Assembly: GCA_963728565.1 (NCBI GenBank)
Contig: CAVSLC010000010.1
Coordinates: forward strand, 256,001-320,000
DNA: 64,000 nt
Direction of reading: 5' to 3'
Origin: an uncultured delta proteobacterium
GTDB taxonomy: Bacteria > Desulfobacterota > Binatia > UBA9968
The position numbers and the translations under genes are program-made. This document shows positions 31,354 to 42,771 of the stretch, piece after piece (positions within the stretch are counted from its first letter, which is position 1; each line of letters begins with the position of its first letter). The notes beneath the pieces were generated by a model. It saw nothing but the letters and a program-made list of their open reading frames with translations. It was not told the origin of the DNA and made no database searches.

Positions 31354-32481
31354 TTGATGAGAAGCATTGGCATTCAGCGCGTTTGGCAACGAAGAGGAGC
31401 ATCGGGCAAACTTCTGTGGCTCTTGCTTTGGCCCTCCTCGTGGGCTTACCGGTTCGCCGTAGCATTCCGCAATTTTTTATATCGATGCAAGTGCGCTCGA
31501 GTTCACGCACTGGACTGTCCAATCATCAGTATCGGCAACCTATCGGTGGGCGGGACCGGAAAAACTCCGGCGACCTTGTGGTTGGCGCGACGCTTGATGG
31601 AACGCGGCTATAAAGTGGGTATTCTCAGCCGCGGCTATAAGCGGAAAGGGACGGGGTCGGTCATTTTATCCGGAGATGACAGCATTTCGTCGACAACCAT
31701 CGATGGCTCTGAAGCGCTCGCGGCCGGCGATGAGCCGGTCATGATGGCGCGCATTTATGGGTTATCTGTGAGCGTGGCCAAAAATCGATATCAGGCCGGC
31801 CTCGAGCTATTGGCGAAAAAAAACATGGACGTGCTTATACTGGATGACGGGTTTCAGCACCGGAAATTAAAGCGCGATTTCGATCTGGTGCTGCTAGGGG
31901 AGGATGTCCCGGGATGGCTGTTGCCTTGCGGTCCATTCCGTGAACCGACCCGCTCTCTGAGGCGGGCCGACTGTTTTCTGGTCACCGGGGCTGCCGAACG
32001 CTGGCAGAGATGGATTCAGGCGAACGGAGGGCGTCCCTCTTTCCGAGCAATGCTTCAGCCGCAGGCGCTGATCGGCTTCGAAGCCGATCAGCGCAAAGAA
32101 TACCCCCTTACGCTGCTCTACCGCAGTAAAATTCTGGCGGTCGCCGGAATCGCAAAGCCGGCAAATTTCTATCAAACGATACACGAGTATGATGGCGACA
32201 TCGTCGATACATTAGAGTACCCGGACCATCACGACTACTCGGCTGCGGACTGGCAACAGATTAATCGGATCGCGCGCGACGTCGATCTTATCGTGACCAC
32301 CGAAAAGGATATTCTGAAGCTGATGCGCTTCCCCTTTGCGCGGGGTAAGTTGTTGGCGCTGCGTGTATCGATGGCGGTGACGCAGGAAGAAGATGTACTC
32401 GACCTCGTGATCGGCACTATCCGTAAGCACGGCCCTAAGACGGAAGACGAACGTAATCGCAGTCCAGCGCTGTCAGTGTAA
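31354..32481 (+). CDS. lpxK: tetraacyldisaccharide 4'-kinase
   Basis: SIGNLSVGGTGKTP, SRGY, GDEP, LDDGFQH, LLP.GP.RE, YPDHH, TTEKD. Confidence 0.96.
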   Translation: MMRSIGIQRVWQRRGASGKLLWLLLWPSSWAYRFAVAFRNFLYRCKCARVHALDCPIISIGNLSVGGTGKTPATLWLARRLMERGYKVGILSRGYKRKGTGSVILSGDDSISSTTIDGSEALAAGDEPVMMARIYGLSVSVAKNRYQAGLELLAKKNMDVLILDDGFQHRKLKRDFDLVLLGEDVPGWLLPCGPFREPTRSLRRADCFLVTGAAERWQRWIQANGGRPSFRAMLQPQALIGFEADQRKEYPLTLLYRSKILAVAGIAKPANFYQTIHEYDGDIVDTLEYPDHHDYSAADWQQINRIARDVDLIVTTEKDILKLMRFPFARGKLLALRVSMAVTQEEDVLDLVIGTIRKHGPKTEDERNRSPALSV

Positions 32482-32562
32482 TGCTTGATCGACCAGGCAT
32501 TGCCGGACGGGACGGGCGAGCTGCCGGGAGCATCGAGTCATTCAGATAGCAGGAGGCTTAAC

Positions 32563-33504
32563 ATGAAAGTGCTAGTCACAGGTGTTGCCGGCTTCATTGG
32601 CTCCCATTTGGCGGAGAAACTGCTCAGCAAAAAATATGACGTTCTCGGAGTCGACAAGTTTTTGGATAACTACCCGCGTCGATTCAAAGAGAAGAACCTT
32701 GGGACACTGTTGAAAAACCCGAAGTTCAAATTTCTCGAGGAAGATCTCCTACAGGTAAATCTGAGGGAGCTTTTGAAGGATGCCTCCTATGTCTTTCATT
32801 TGGCGGCGCAACCCGGAGTCCGTTCTAGTTGGGGTGATGAATTCATCCAGTATAGTCAGAACAACATTATGGCGACTCAGCTACTTCTGGAAGCCGGTAA
32901 AGAATCCCGCGTCAAGAAGATTGTTTACGCCTCTTCTTCCTCGGTTTACGGCGATACTAACGATCTTCCCATGCGCGAGGAAGGTAATACCCGGCCGGTA
33001 TCGCCGTACGGCGTCAGCAAGTTGGCGGCGGAACATCTTTGCTATCTCTACTGGAAAGCTTACGGCCTCCCAACAGTATCTCTGCGGTTCTTTACGGTGT
33101 ATGGGCCGAGGCAAAGGCCGGACATGTTCTTTCACATTTTCATGGATCGTCTGCGCAAGAATGAGGAAGTTCCCCTTTATGACGACGGCGAGCAAACCCG
33201 GGACTTTACTTATTGCGCCGACATTGTTGATGGACTCCTAGGAGCGGCGGTTTACCCGGGCGCGGGCGAAGTGTTCAACCTTGGCGGCGGTACGGAGAGC
33301 TCCGTTCTCAATGCGATCCATATTGTCGAAAAAATATCCGGCCGCAAGGCAAAGCTAAAGACCTTTGAACGGCAAAAAGGGGATGTACGGCACACCCGAG
33401 CGCGACTTGATGCGGCCGCTGAGAAGTTGCGCTATCGCCCTCAGGTTAGTTTGGAAGAAGGTTTAAGCCGGCAATGGCACTGGATTCAGAGGCTTGACGG
33501 TTGA
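32563..33504 (+). CDS. NAD-dependent nucleotide-sugar epimerase (UDP-glucuronate/glucose 4-epimerase-like)
   Basis: TGVAGFIG, HLAAQPGVR, ASSSSVYG, YGVSK, FTVYGPRQRPDM; SD AGGAGG. Confidence 0.9.
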   Translation: MKVLVTGVAGFIGSHLAEKLLSKKYDVLGVDKFLDNYPRRFKEKNLGTLLKNPKFKFLEEDLLQVNLRELLKDASYVFHLAAQPGVRSSWGDEFIQYSQNNIMATQLLLEAGKESRVKKIVYASSSSVYGDTNDLPMREEGNTRPVSPYGVSKLAAEHLCYLYWKAYGLPTVSLRFFTVYGPRQRPDMFFHIFMDRLRKNEEVPLYDDGEQTRDFTYCADIVDGLLGAAVYPGAGEVFNLGGGTESSVLNAIHIVEKISGRKAKLKTFERQKGDVRHTRARLDAAAEKLRYRPQVSLEEGLSRQWHWIQRLDG

Positions 33505-33560
33505 TAAGATAGTCTCATGTCAACCAGTCGCCTATGAAGCATCATCAACAGGAGAGCCGT

Positions 33561-34421
33561 ATGCTTGATTACTCTGAGGAAGATGTCGGCAATATCGTAT
33601 TGCTGGAGCACGTCAATCTCCAGGTGCCGGACCAACCTATGGCGATGCTTTTCTACATTGTCGGCCTCGGATTGACCCGTGATCCTTATCTGAACGTTGG
33701 CCTCGGCAATATGTGGGCTAACATAGGCGAACAGCAGTTCCACTTGCCGACCAGATCTGCGCAGAAAATCTCGGGTCATATCGATCTGGTCATGCCGGAT
33801 CTCGAAGCGCTTGGAGAACGGCTTTCATTAGTTGAAGCAGCGCTCAAAGATACGCAGTTTTCATGGTCGAGCAACCAGGATCACGTTGCCGTCACCTGTC
33901 CTTGGGGCAACCGGTTTCGCTGTTACGAGAGCGGCCCGGCCTTTGGTGATATGGCGCAGGGACTTGCCGCGGTTGATTTCAACGTGCCCGAAGGAACTGC
34001 AGCGGCAATCGCGAATTTCTACCAGAACGTACTCGCCGCGCCCGCTACCGTCGAAACTGGTTCGGACCATGCCGTGGCGCAGGTGAATATTGGGCGTAAT
34101 CAATGTCTGCGTTTTCGGGAGTCGAAAGAATCGATCCCTCCTTACGACGGCCACCATATTGCGATCTACGTGTCAAACTTTTCACGGGCGCATGATTTTC
34201 TGAAAAGGCATCAGTTGATATCGGAAGATGTGCGCAATCACCAGTTTAGGTTTCAATCGATTATAGAAGCCGATAGCGGCCGGACTGTGTTTCTTCTGGA
34301 GCATGAGGTTCGAAGCCTGCACCATCCTATGTTCAACCGTCATTTCGTCAATCGCGACCCGGCACAGAGCCAGCGCAATTATCGCCGCGGCCGGGATGCC
34401 CTGATACCGTTTCGCCCATGA
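33561..34421 (+). CDS. tandem VOC/glyoxalase-like protein of unknown function
   Basis: LEHVNL.VPD...A..FY...LG; second AIANFYQNVL; HIAIY; SD AGGAG. Confidence 0.75.
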   Translation: MLDYSEEDVGNIVLLEHVNLQVPDQPMAMLFYIVGLGLTRDPYLNVGLGNMWANIGEQQFHLPTRSAQKISGHIDLVMPDLEALGERLSLVEAALKDTQFSWSSNQDHVAVTCPWGNRFRCYESGPAFGDMAQGLAAVDFNVPEGTAAAIANFYQNVLAAPATVETGSDHAVAQVNIGRNQCLRFRESKESIPPYDGHHIAIYVSNFSRAHDFLKRHQLISEDVRNHQFRFQSIIEADSGRTVFLLEHEVRSLHHPMFNRHFVNRDPAQSQRNYRRGRDALIPFRP

Positions 34422-34489
34422 TCATGGAGCTTAAACGGGGTTTGCACGTGTTTGACGTTCATTAGAAAAATAGCCAGCTAGGGGGAATT

Positions 34490-34657
34490 ATGCCGATCAG
34501 CAAAGAGCTCCTCGATATTTTGGCGTGTCCGAAGTGCAAGGGCGATATTCATCTAAATGATCGCGGCGATGGTCTTGTCTGCGACGCGTGTCGTCTCATG
34601 TATCCGATAAAGGATGATATTCCCATCATGCTCATTGACGAAGCCGAGCCTATTTGA
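34490..34657 (+). CDS. Trm112/YcaR-family protein (55 aa, not in ORF track)
   Basis: MPISKELLDILACPKCKG...LVCDAC.LMYPIKDDIPIMLIDEA; stop abuts waaF ATG. Confidence 0.93.
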   Translation: MPISKELLDILACPKCKGDIHLNDRGDGLVCDACRLMYPIKDDIPIMLIDEAEPI

Positions 34658-35755
34658 ATGATTCCGGCCGATTGGGAAAATGTTCTGGTTGTTCAAACCA
34701 GCTTTCTCGGAGATACGGTTCTAACTTTGCCGTTGCTGTCGGAAATCAAGCGGCGCTATCCCGCCGGAAAGCTGACTTTGCTTTGTGCACCCGCTGCAGC
34801 GGAGTTGTTGAGATCGCACGAGGCCATCGATGAAGTCATGATCGATGATAAACGACGCCAGGACGCCGGTATCTTGGGGTTATGGCGTAAAGCCAGAGCT
34901 CTCGAACAAAAAAAATTCACGCTTGCCATTTCTCCGCACAAGTCGATGCGTAGTGCCTTGTTGTTGTTCCTAGCCGGAATTCCCCGGCGTGTGGGTTTCC
35001 GACAGAGTAAGGGAGCATTCTTGTTCCACGCTTTGGCCAATCGGGACCCGCTGCGTCATGATGTTGAAAGAAATCTTTCCATACTGGAGGTTTTGGGAAT
35101 CCCTACGGAGACGTGCCAGCCGGCCATCAATCTTCCCGTGCCCGCGGCCAGCAGAAAGCGGGGTAGCCGGTTATTTGAATCCGCCGGCGTTGATCTAAAC
35201 AAAAAAGTCATAGGGATTAATGCCGGTTCTGTTTGGCCTACAAAGCGTTGGTCGCCCGATCTGTTCGCCCAAGTAATCGGAAAATTGAAGCAGGATGTAG
35301 ATTGCGAAATTGTTCTTTTCGGCGGTCCCGAGGATCACCAGACAGTCGCACAAATCCAAGCGCTGTGTGGAACCGACGTCACAAACTTGTGCGGTAAAAC
35401 GGCTCTCCAAGATTTGCCCGCGGCGGTCAGCGTATGTGATCTGTTTATCACGAACGATAGCGGGCCGATGCATATTGCGGTTGCCTGCGGCGTTCCGCTG
35501 GTTGCGATATTCTGTGCTACGACACCCTCTCTGGGCTTTTACCCATACAGTTCCAAAGCCGTGGTCGTGCAAAAGGACCTCCACTGCCGCCCCTGTAGCT
35601 CTCACGGAGGGAGACGCTGTCCGTTGGGAACGGAAGATTGCATCAAACTCGTTGGGTCGGAAGATGTCTTTCAAGCAGCCATGCGAATCCTGCAAGCTAA
35701 CGACCGACTGCCGCCAGGTTCCAGCATTCACGAGCCTCAGTATCTCAATTTGTAA
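34658..35755 (+). CDS. waaF: LPS heptosyltransferase II (GT9)
   Basis: QTSFLGD.VLT.P, GSVWPTKRW, NL.GKT.L, TNDSGPMHIA, CRPC..HG...CP. Confidence 0.88.
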   Translation: MIPADWENVLVVQTSFLGDTVLTLPLLSEIKRRYPAGKLTLLCAPAAAELLRSHEAIDEVMIDDKRRQDAGILGLWRKARALEQKKFTLAISPHKSMRSALLLFLAGIPRRVGFRQSKGAFLFHALANRDPLRHDVERNLSILEVLGIPTETCQPAINLPVPAASRKRGSRLFESAGVDLNKKVIGINAGSVWPTKRWSPDLFAQVIGKLKQDVDCEIVLFGGPEDHQTVAQIQALCGTDVTNLCGKTALQDLPAAVSVCDLFITNDSGPMHIAVACGVPLVAIFCATTPSLGFYPYSSKAVVVQKDLHCRPCSSHGGRRCPLGTEDCIKLVGSEDVFQAAMRILQANDRLPPGSSIHEPQYLNL

Positions 35756-35806
35756 AAGTCTCGCCCAGCCTCCCTTGCTCAAGACCACCGCTGGCTTAGG
35801 TTCAAC

Positions 35807-36574
35807 TTGTTTAGCGACGAACGAATTTGGGGCGCCGGCGCCGCGGGGTTCATTAGGATAATTGCTGAGCCGCGCCGCCGCTTCGTGCTGCGCGCCGACG
35901 TGGCGGATGAACTTCAGATTGATATGTTCCGGGGAGACAATCATCCAGGTCAATTGAGCCGGTTTGCAGGAAGGGAGACACTAAGAAGTGTCACCTTAAA
36001 AAACGGCGAAAACGCTCTCATTCGCGCCTACCGCCACGGCGGGGTTTTTCGCTGGATCACCGGGAAGAAGTTTTTCTCCTGGCCACCTCGCCCGTTCCGA
36101 GAATTAGCGATCACTGAAGAGTTGCGTCGCCGGGGTGTCCCGACAGTCGAGGTGTACGGCGCGGGCGTGGAGGGTATTATCGGCCCTTTCTACCGCGGCT
36201 GGCTCATCACCCGAGAGTTGAAGGGTTCCTATGATTTGTGGACAGCATTACAAAACGGTTTTGTTCATAATTGGACGCCTGAGAAGGTCCTTCGAGCGGT
36301 GGCCAGCAGCCTGCGCTCGTTGCATCGCGAGGGTGTTTACCACAGCGATTTGAATCTTAAGAATATACTAGTGAAGGCAGAGCCCGCCGGGGTGAAAGGT
36401 TATATTATTGATTTTGACAAGGCGGTATTGTTCGTCGGCGGCCTGCCGGACCCGCTTGTGAAGAAAAACTTGCGGCGTCTTTTACGTTCCGTATCGAAGC
36501 TCGATCCACAACGACAATATCTGCCCGCGGCGGATTGGGATAAGTTAGTGACTTGGTATTATGAGGCGGATTAG
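35807..36574 (+). CDS. Kdo kinase-like LPS kinase (KdkA family)
   Basis: GRET, IRAYRHGG, RP.REL, YRGWLIT, H.DLNLKNIL, IIDFDK, NL.RL.RS. Confidence 0.85.
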   Translation: MFSDERIWGAGAAGFIRIIAEPRRRFVLRADVADELQIDMFRGDNHPGQLSRFAGRETLRSVTLKNGENALIRAYRHGGVFRWITGKKFFSWPPRPFRELAITEELRRRGVPTVEVYGAGVEGIIGPFYRGWLITRELKGSYDLWTALQNGFVHNWTPEKVLRAVASSLRSLHREGVYHSDLNLKNILVKAEPAGVKGYIIDFDKAVLFVGGLPDPLVKKNLRRLLRSVSKLDPQRQYLPAADWDKLVTWYYEAD

Positions 36575-36687
36575 AGAATCGGCGTAGCTCGGAGGAGCAT
36601 ACCGATCGTGCTGTATGTTCGATGGGGAGCCAATGAGATTCAAGCGAATATCTGTGGTTCAAACGCGCAGGCAGTGAAGGTGCGGCA

Positions 36688-37548
36688 TTGATTTCTCGGC
36701 TGAGATATCGCGAGCTAAAGGAAGATGGCTGGAGTCTCACGGTCGATTCAGATAGCTGGTCCCGGTCGCTCTGGCGGGTTATCTTGGCAAACATTCACGA
36801 ACAGGTGCCTAGCCGGCATCCGCAAACCTTGAAGTTGAACTTGCCGGAAAGCCAACAGCAGAGTTACTTCTTAAAAGTCTACCATCCCGCATCAGGGTGG
36901 AGCGCGGTGAAAGACTGGTTTCGGGCTTCGAAGGCACTGCGTTTTCTAGAACAAGGGATGGCGCTTTCCGAGGCCGGATTCCTCGTTCCACCGGCACTTG
37001 CGGCTGGCGAGAAACGTCACTTCGGCATGTTGGAAACGGCATTCGTGCTCACAGCCGCTATCGATGGTGCGCCTTTGACGATCTTTCTAGAGAACAATGC
37101 CGGGGGCACGAGCGCGGCGCTTTCCGTCATCGAAAAGAGAGCGGCGTTGCAAGCTTTGGCGCGGCAAATCCGCCGCTTTCACGATCTTGGATTCGTCCAC
37201 GGTGACTTGGTGGCTTCAAACATCTTTGTCCGCCGGGATCCGGCAATGAATTTACAGTTTATTTTCATGGATAACGACCGCACCCGACGATATCCTAAAT
37301 GGCTGCCGCAGTCTTTATGGAAGCGCAATTTAGTGCAGCTCAACCGATTGCCTCTCTCATCCATAGCCTTGCAAGATCGAATTAGATTCTTTCAAGAGTA
37401 CTCAGGAGCGCGGCGCGCAGCCGATCTCGATCGCCCGTTCCTGAAGTGGCTGGAACAAAAGACTCGCGAGCGCCGCAGGCAATGTGACTCGGTCGATGCG
37501 ACGATTAGCTTTCGACAGTTAATGCGTTCGCCAACAGAAAGCAATTAA
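36688..37548 (+). CDS. LPS kinase (InaA/WaaP/Kdo family)
   Basis: YFLKVY, HGDLVASNIF, FMDNDR, RNLVQLN. Confidence 0.82.
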   Translation: MISRLRYRELKEDGWSLTVDSDSWSRSLWRVILANIHEQVPSRHPQTLKLNLPESQQQSYFLKVYHPASGWSAVKDWFRASKALRFLEQGMALSEAGFLVPPALAAGEKRHFGMLETAFVLTAAIDGAPLTIFLENNAGGTSAALSVIEKRAALQALARQIRRFHDLGFVHGDLVASNIFVRRDPAMNLQFIFMDNDRTRRYPKWLPQSLWKRNLVQLNRLPLSSIALQDRIRFFQEYSGARRAADLDRPFLKWLEQKTRERRRQCDSVDATISFRQLMRSPTESN

Positions 37549-37559
37549 CTTCAAAGACG

Positions 37560-39276
37560 ATGGTAAAGGCGACTAACCGGAACACCCTGGTTCATTTGAT
37601 TCTTCTGGCAGGGGTTTGCGCGTTGGTATTCTTGCTCTTCCTGGATAGGACTCCGTTTCACGACAAAGGAGAGCCGCGCGAGGCGCTCGTGGTTCGCGAC
37701 ATTGTGCTGGAAGGACGTTGGTTGCTTCCTTTAAGGGCTGGCGAACACATCGCTTCGAAGCCGCCGCTGTTCCATTGGTTTGCCGCTGGAGCTTCGATTC
37801 TTCAGGGCGAAATGACCGAAGCCAGCATCCGCTTTCCCTCGGCTTTTTTCGCGACGCTCGGTGTTTTCCTTTGTTATTTTTTTGCGAGACGGCTATATGA
37901 TTCGAAAACCGGGCTTTGGGCAGGTTTGATTCTTGCCACAACCGCGTTGTACTACGCCGCCGGCATCGAAGCTCGGGTCGACATGACCTTGGTCTTTTTT
38001 GTTACCCTGACCCTGGTTCTGTTTTTTTCAATTTATCGCGGCTTTCTGCAACATGCCATCTGGTGGTATCTGTTTTTCATAACCGCCGGGGCCAGCGTCA
38101 CCGCGAAAGGACCGGTAAGCATTGTTCTTTGCGGTTTAGTGATTGCTATATTTTTAATGCTGCGAAAGAGATGGGATATTTTAAGGACCATGCTTTGTCA
38201 TCCGGGATTGCTCCTCGGTATGGTACTCTGCGTTGCGTGGTACGCTGCGGCACTTTACCTAGGAGGAGACGAATTTTTTAACCTGCAGTTCGTCAAAGAA
38301 AACTTCGCGCGATATTTTGTCCATGGTGAAGGGGGAACCGGACACCAGAAGCCATTCTACTATTTCGTTCCGTACCTTTTTACATTGGGAATGCCTTGGA
38401 CTTTGTTTTTGCCGGGTGTCATCTGGTCCTATTTCTCGGATCGCTTCCGCCTGAGAGAGGACTTACTCTTCCTCGGTCTGTGGGCCGCTACAGTTTTCGT
38501 GTTCTTTTCTCTTTCAGCAGGGAAAAGACCGCCGTATATTTTGCCTCTTTATCCGCCCGTGGCATTGCTCATCGCGCTGTGGCTTCGCGATCAGACGGTC
38601 GGAAGTTTTTGGAAAGCCGGCTATTTCAAATTTGTCGCCGTATTGGCATCTCTGACCGGAGCTGTTCTTGGTGCGGCTTTGGTGATTTACTCGACTCGGT
38701 TGGATGTTGTTTCGGTGCTCCTATCGCTCGGAGTAGCGATACAAGAAAACGTCTCCACTGAAGTTTCAAGTCTATTGAGCGCGTTACGCGATATCGGCTG
38801 GCTCGTTCCTGTGTCGTTTGTGGCTGGCATGGTGCTTTGGTTTTCAGTTGCGCGGAGTCTTTACCGATGCCGCATTGACACCGCAGTGGCCCAGATGGTG
38901 CTGGTCTCGGTTTTAGCGATTGCTTTCGCGCGCAGCTTAATTCTTCCGAATTTAGCGAAGATGGAAAGCTATAAAGATTTTATGCAAATCGGCAACGGCA
39001 GCAGCTGCCGGCGGGCAGTCCCTCATTCTATTTCCACGTCACATCGATCCGTCATCGATTATCTTCTATGGCGAAAGCAAGGTTGAGATCCTTCCCGATG
39101 ATGTGGCAGTGCTGCAGAGAAAAATAACTCAATCCAAAGATTATATTATCGTCGAGGAGGATCTTTGGAATAATCAGATAGCCGAGAGTTCATCGATCCC
39201 GGTTCTCGAGCGCAGTCGCGGCAGCGGTCCCGACGGGGACGCCCGGCTCGTTCTGGTTCGAGGCTACGGAAACTGA
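37560..39276 (+). CDS. ArnT/PMT-like (GT83/GT39) membrane glycosyltransferase (+1 frameshift near 38987)
   Basis: EPRE, SKPPLFHW, R.PSA, AR.DM, AKGP, PW, KRPPYILPLYP; C-terminal domain continues in shifted frame to TGA 39276. Confidence 0.88.
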
Positions 39277-39468
39277 CTTACGGCGTCGGCGCGATCAGCG
39301 GCGTCTAGATCGCGGGGCTGACTATTTATTTGCCGACCGGCAATGTCTTCGCGAAGAAGAGGCATAGCGGTTCCCAGAACTTGGGTTTGGCAATTCTCCC
39401 GGCTCGGATTGTAACGATCGGATCATCTAAGAATCGATCCTGAACCTAATCGATTAACCCTGCCAATC

Positions 39469-40630
39469 TTGAAAATCGCCTTAGTTCATAAACGGCTCGA
39501 TCTAAAGGGCGGAACCGAAAGGGACCTTTATTTAACGGCTGAAGGGCTGCGCGATCTCGGCCACGAGGTCCATCTATTCTGCAGTGAATTCGCGGTACAA
39601 GCCCCCGCCGGTGTGGTCGCGCATCGTGTTCCGGTGGTGCCTTTTGGAAGAACCGCTCGCCTGTGGAGTTTTGCCCTGGTCGGGTCGAGGCTCGCTGCGG
39701 CAAAGCATTGTGATGTCATCATTGGCTTTGGACGTATTCTCAAGCAGGACGTCCTGCGCTGCGGCGGCGGCTCCCATCGATATTTTCTGAAACAACTCGG
39801 CGCCGAAGGCGGTTGGCGTCGCCGCGCCTGGCAAAAATTGAGTATTTATCACCAGAGCGTTCTGGCAATTGAACGCCGGCAGTACGGCATCGATGGATTC
39901 AAAGAAATCATCGCGGTGTCCGACAAGGTGAAAAACGATTTGATGCGCATCTACTCGATTCCGGAGCATAGAATCAGAGTGATTTATAACGGGGTCGATC
40001 CAATTCGTTTCACTCCGAGTCGCCGAGAGAAGGCGCGGGTGGTAATCCGAGACCAGTGGGGAATCCCACGCACCGCTACGGTAGTCTTGTTTATAGGCAG
40101 CGGCTTCCAGCGGAAGGGGCTGGATCGTTTGCTTGCAATTTGGAAATCCCAGCGATTACAGAAGACCTGGTTATTGGTGGTCGGCGATGACGCTGGCATC
40201 GCGCGCTATAGGAAACTGGCAGAGACGGTGGGACAGGGACGAATCATATTGACGGGACGACAAGCTGACGTTGAAAGCTATTATGCCGCGGCAGATATGT
40301 TGGCATTGCCTGCTGCGCAGGAAGCGTTCGGCAATGTAGTCCTGGAGGCGCTTTCGTCGGGCTTGCCGGTCCTGGTGAGCCGCGAAGTCGGAGCAGCTGA
40401 AGTCCTGAGCGGTGCTCTGCTCCAAGGGATTGTCGACAATCCCGAGGATCCAGTAAAATTAGAAACCCAATTGGTCGCAACTCCTGGAGCACGCGGCCGA
40501 CCCGGAGCTTATCAGAGAGGCGACAACGGTAGCGGCCCGATTCTCCTGGCAGAATCACTTCAGAGAACTAGAAGATCTCTTGTTCAGAATTGGCTCGTCC
40601 AGGTGTGGCCACCGCGCAAATGTTGCCTGA
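39469..40630 (+). CDS. GT4 glycosyltransferase, WaaG-like (+1 frameshift near 40476)
   Basis: GGTER, IIAVS..VK, IYNGVD, GSGFQRKGL, EAFGNVVLEAL.SGLPV; FSWQNH end in shifted frame. Confidence 0.88.
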
Positions 40631-41462
40631 CTTCGTTTTGCTCCGGCATCGAGCCACATCGGTTTGGATTGATGCAAAGTTCAATAAGCCGGCACTTATA
40701 GAGCTAATCTGGGATCCTGATCGATTTTTTTCCGATAAAAGATGCGTCGTTGTTAAAGATCAGAAGAAAATCAAGGTTGGGCGCATAGCAGTCGAAATCT
40801 CTGGAGAGCTTTACCGGATATTCATCAAACGTTACAACGCGTTTTCCTGGCGCGCTCGGTTACTGTCGATTTTCACCCGATCCGGCGCCTTCCGATCCCT
40901 GCAAGGCGCGGCCATTTTACATAGGGCCGGTTTCGCAACCGCGAAGCCGATTGCGGCGCTGGAATCACGCCGCTGGGGAGTGGTAACCAAAAGCTTCTAT
41001 CTCAGCGAGGAAATAGCCGGTGGAAAAACCGCCGACGCCTATTGGCGTGAAGATCTAACGACCGCTCAACCTCATAGTTTTCGGCATCGGCGGCGGTTTC
41101 TAAGCGGCTTGGCTCTGACTTTCCAGGCGCTTCATCGGCAGGGTGTTTACCACAATGATCTGAAGGACGCCAATATCATAGTGGTTGCCGAAAAGAATGC
41201 TGAGCTGTTTTACCTTCTCGATCTCGAAGGGACGCGGCGATATGCCGATCTCAATCTCAGGCGCAAGATCAAAAACATCGTTCAGCTGAACCACACTCTG
41301 GGCCGTCTTCTCCGTCGTACCGAGAAAATGTATTTCCTTAAAGTTTATCTCGACTCTAGCTTTGCCAGTAAGCCAATCAAGCGGCGCTGGGTTGCCGCAG
41401 TGCTTGAGCAAAGCAGGCGGCGCGATCTGAAGTCACGACGGGTCGCTAGAAAACCAGTCTAA
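40620..41462 (+). CDS. LPS kinase (InaA/WaaP family)
   Basis: IFIKRY, LH..GVYHNDLKDANI, LLDLEG, KNIVQLN. Confidence 0.82.
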   Translation: MLPDFVLLRHRATSVWIDAKFNKPALIELIWDPDRFFSDKRCVVVKDQKKIKVGRIAVEISGELYRIFIKRYNAFSWRARLLSIFTRSGAFRSLQGAAILHRAGFATAKPIAALESRRWGVVTKSFYLSEEIAGGKTADAYWREDLTTAQPHSFRHRRRFLSGLALTFQALHRQGVYHNDLKDANIIVVAEKNAELFYLLDLEGTRRYADLNLRRKIKNIVQLNHTLGRLLRRTEKMYFLKVYLDSSFASKPIKRRWVAAVLEQSRRRDLKSRRVARKPV

Positions 41463-41636
41463 GATCATGCTCGGTCGGACCTTGTCCGTCGGAATCACGC
41501 TGCGGCGCTACCGATAACCAACAATTCCTAGTGGCCTTGGAGTAAACGGTTTGATGTCAGTTAATCTTCTATCCAGCAGTTGTACGACAATTACCTGGTT
41601 GTGAAAGCAAGCCGGCGCTATCTATGAACCGCCGAG

Positions 41637-42558
41637 GTGATCTTGTCCGCTAAAGTCAGTATTTTGATTCCTACGCATAATCGCGCAGGCAGTTTGAAGC
41701 GGCTCTTGGATAGTTTGGAAGCATCGGCAGGTCTCGAGGAAACTCCGTTGGAGATTATCATAGTCAACAATCATTCGACGGATGCCACGTCGCAGCTTCT
41801 CATGGAAGTATTGGCTCAGGATAGAAGATTTCCAATCCTAGTATTGGACGAGTTTAAACGCGGTAAATCTTGGGCATTGAACCTCGGTTTAGGACGTGTA
41901 ACCGGAAGCTTGGTATTGCTACTCGACGACGACATTTCAGTCGATAGATTTTGCGTCGCCGAGCATGTTGCGGCTTATAAAGATGGGTTTTTTGATGCGG
42001 TTCAAGGGAAGGTTTTAGCTGGCCTCGACCCCGAAGGACAACCGGCCGATATGGCGCGGCTGAGAGAGTATAACATCCCATTAGTCGATCATGGTGACGC
42101 ATCGTGTGAGGTTCGCGGATTTACCGGGACCAATGTTTCACTCAAGCGTGAGGTATTTGAAAAGGCCGGACTTGTTTGACACCCGGCTGGGCCCTGGCGC
42201 ATCCGGGTTTAGCGAGGACACTGAGTACTCAAGGCGCATTCGGGAAAACGGGTTCAAAATAGGGTATGCTCCCAAGGCGATTATTTATCACGAGCTCAAT
42301 CCGGAACGATACGGCAGTTCCTACAGCCGAATTGTTCAGTATCGCAAAGGGATCAGCCGAAGTATTTATCGGAACGATTCTCTGGTATTTCGTGTCTTAC
42401 CTGATCTCATCGGCAATTGCATTCGCTACCTGGCTTACACCGCCATGGGACGGCGGCAAAAAGCCTATAAGACCCAAGGGCGAATTGCGAAAAATTACGG
42501 TTATATAGCCGGGAAGGTGCAGAAGCGGGTGCTTCAACAAAGACGGACTCGATCATAA
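41637..42558 (+). CDS. GT2 glycosyltransferase (split by +1 frameshift near 42171)
   Basis: SILIPTHNR, NNHSTD, LDDD, GTNVS...VF...GLFD...G....EDTE across two ORFs. Confidence 0.88.
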
Positions 42559-42771
42559 CTGCGGTCATGAGATCTCTCGCCCCGGTGATCAAAGCTACTT
42601 CGGTCTAGTTTGTTCGTCCGATGAAGCATTCGAAAAGTCATCAGATCACCTAATTCGATCAGGCGCTGTTTTTATTTAGAGGCCTAGCGCTATTATAATT
42701 AGTTTGTTGAGGATTTTAGAGCGGCAACTTTTGCGCCGTGAGTCAGCGCGATCACCTTGTCTTGTGAAGCC

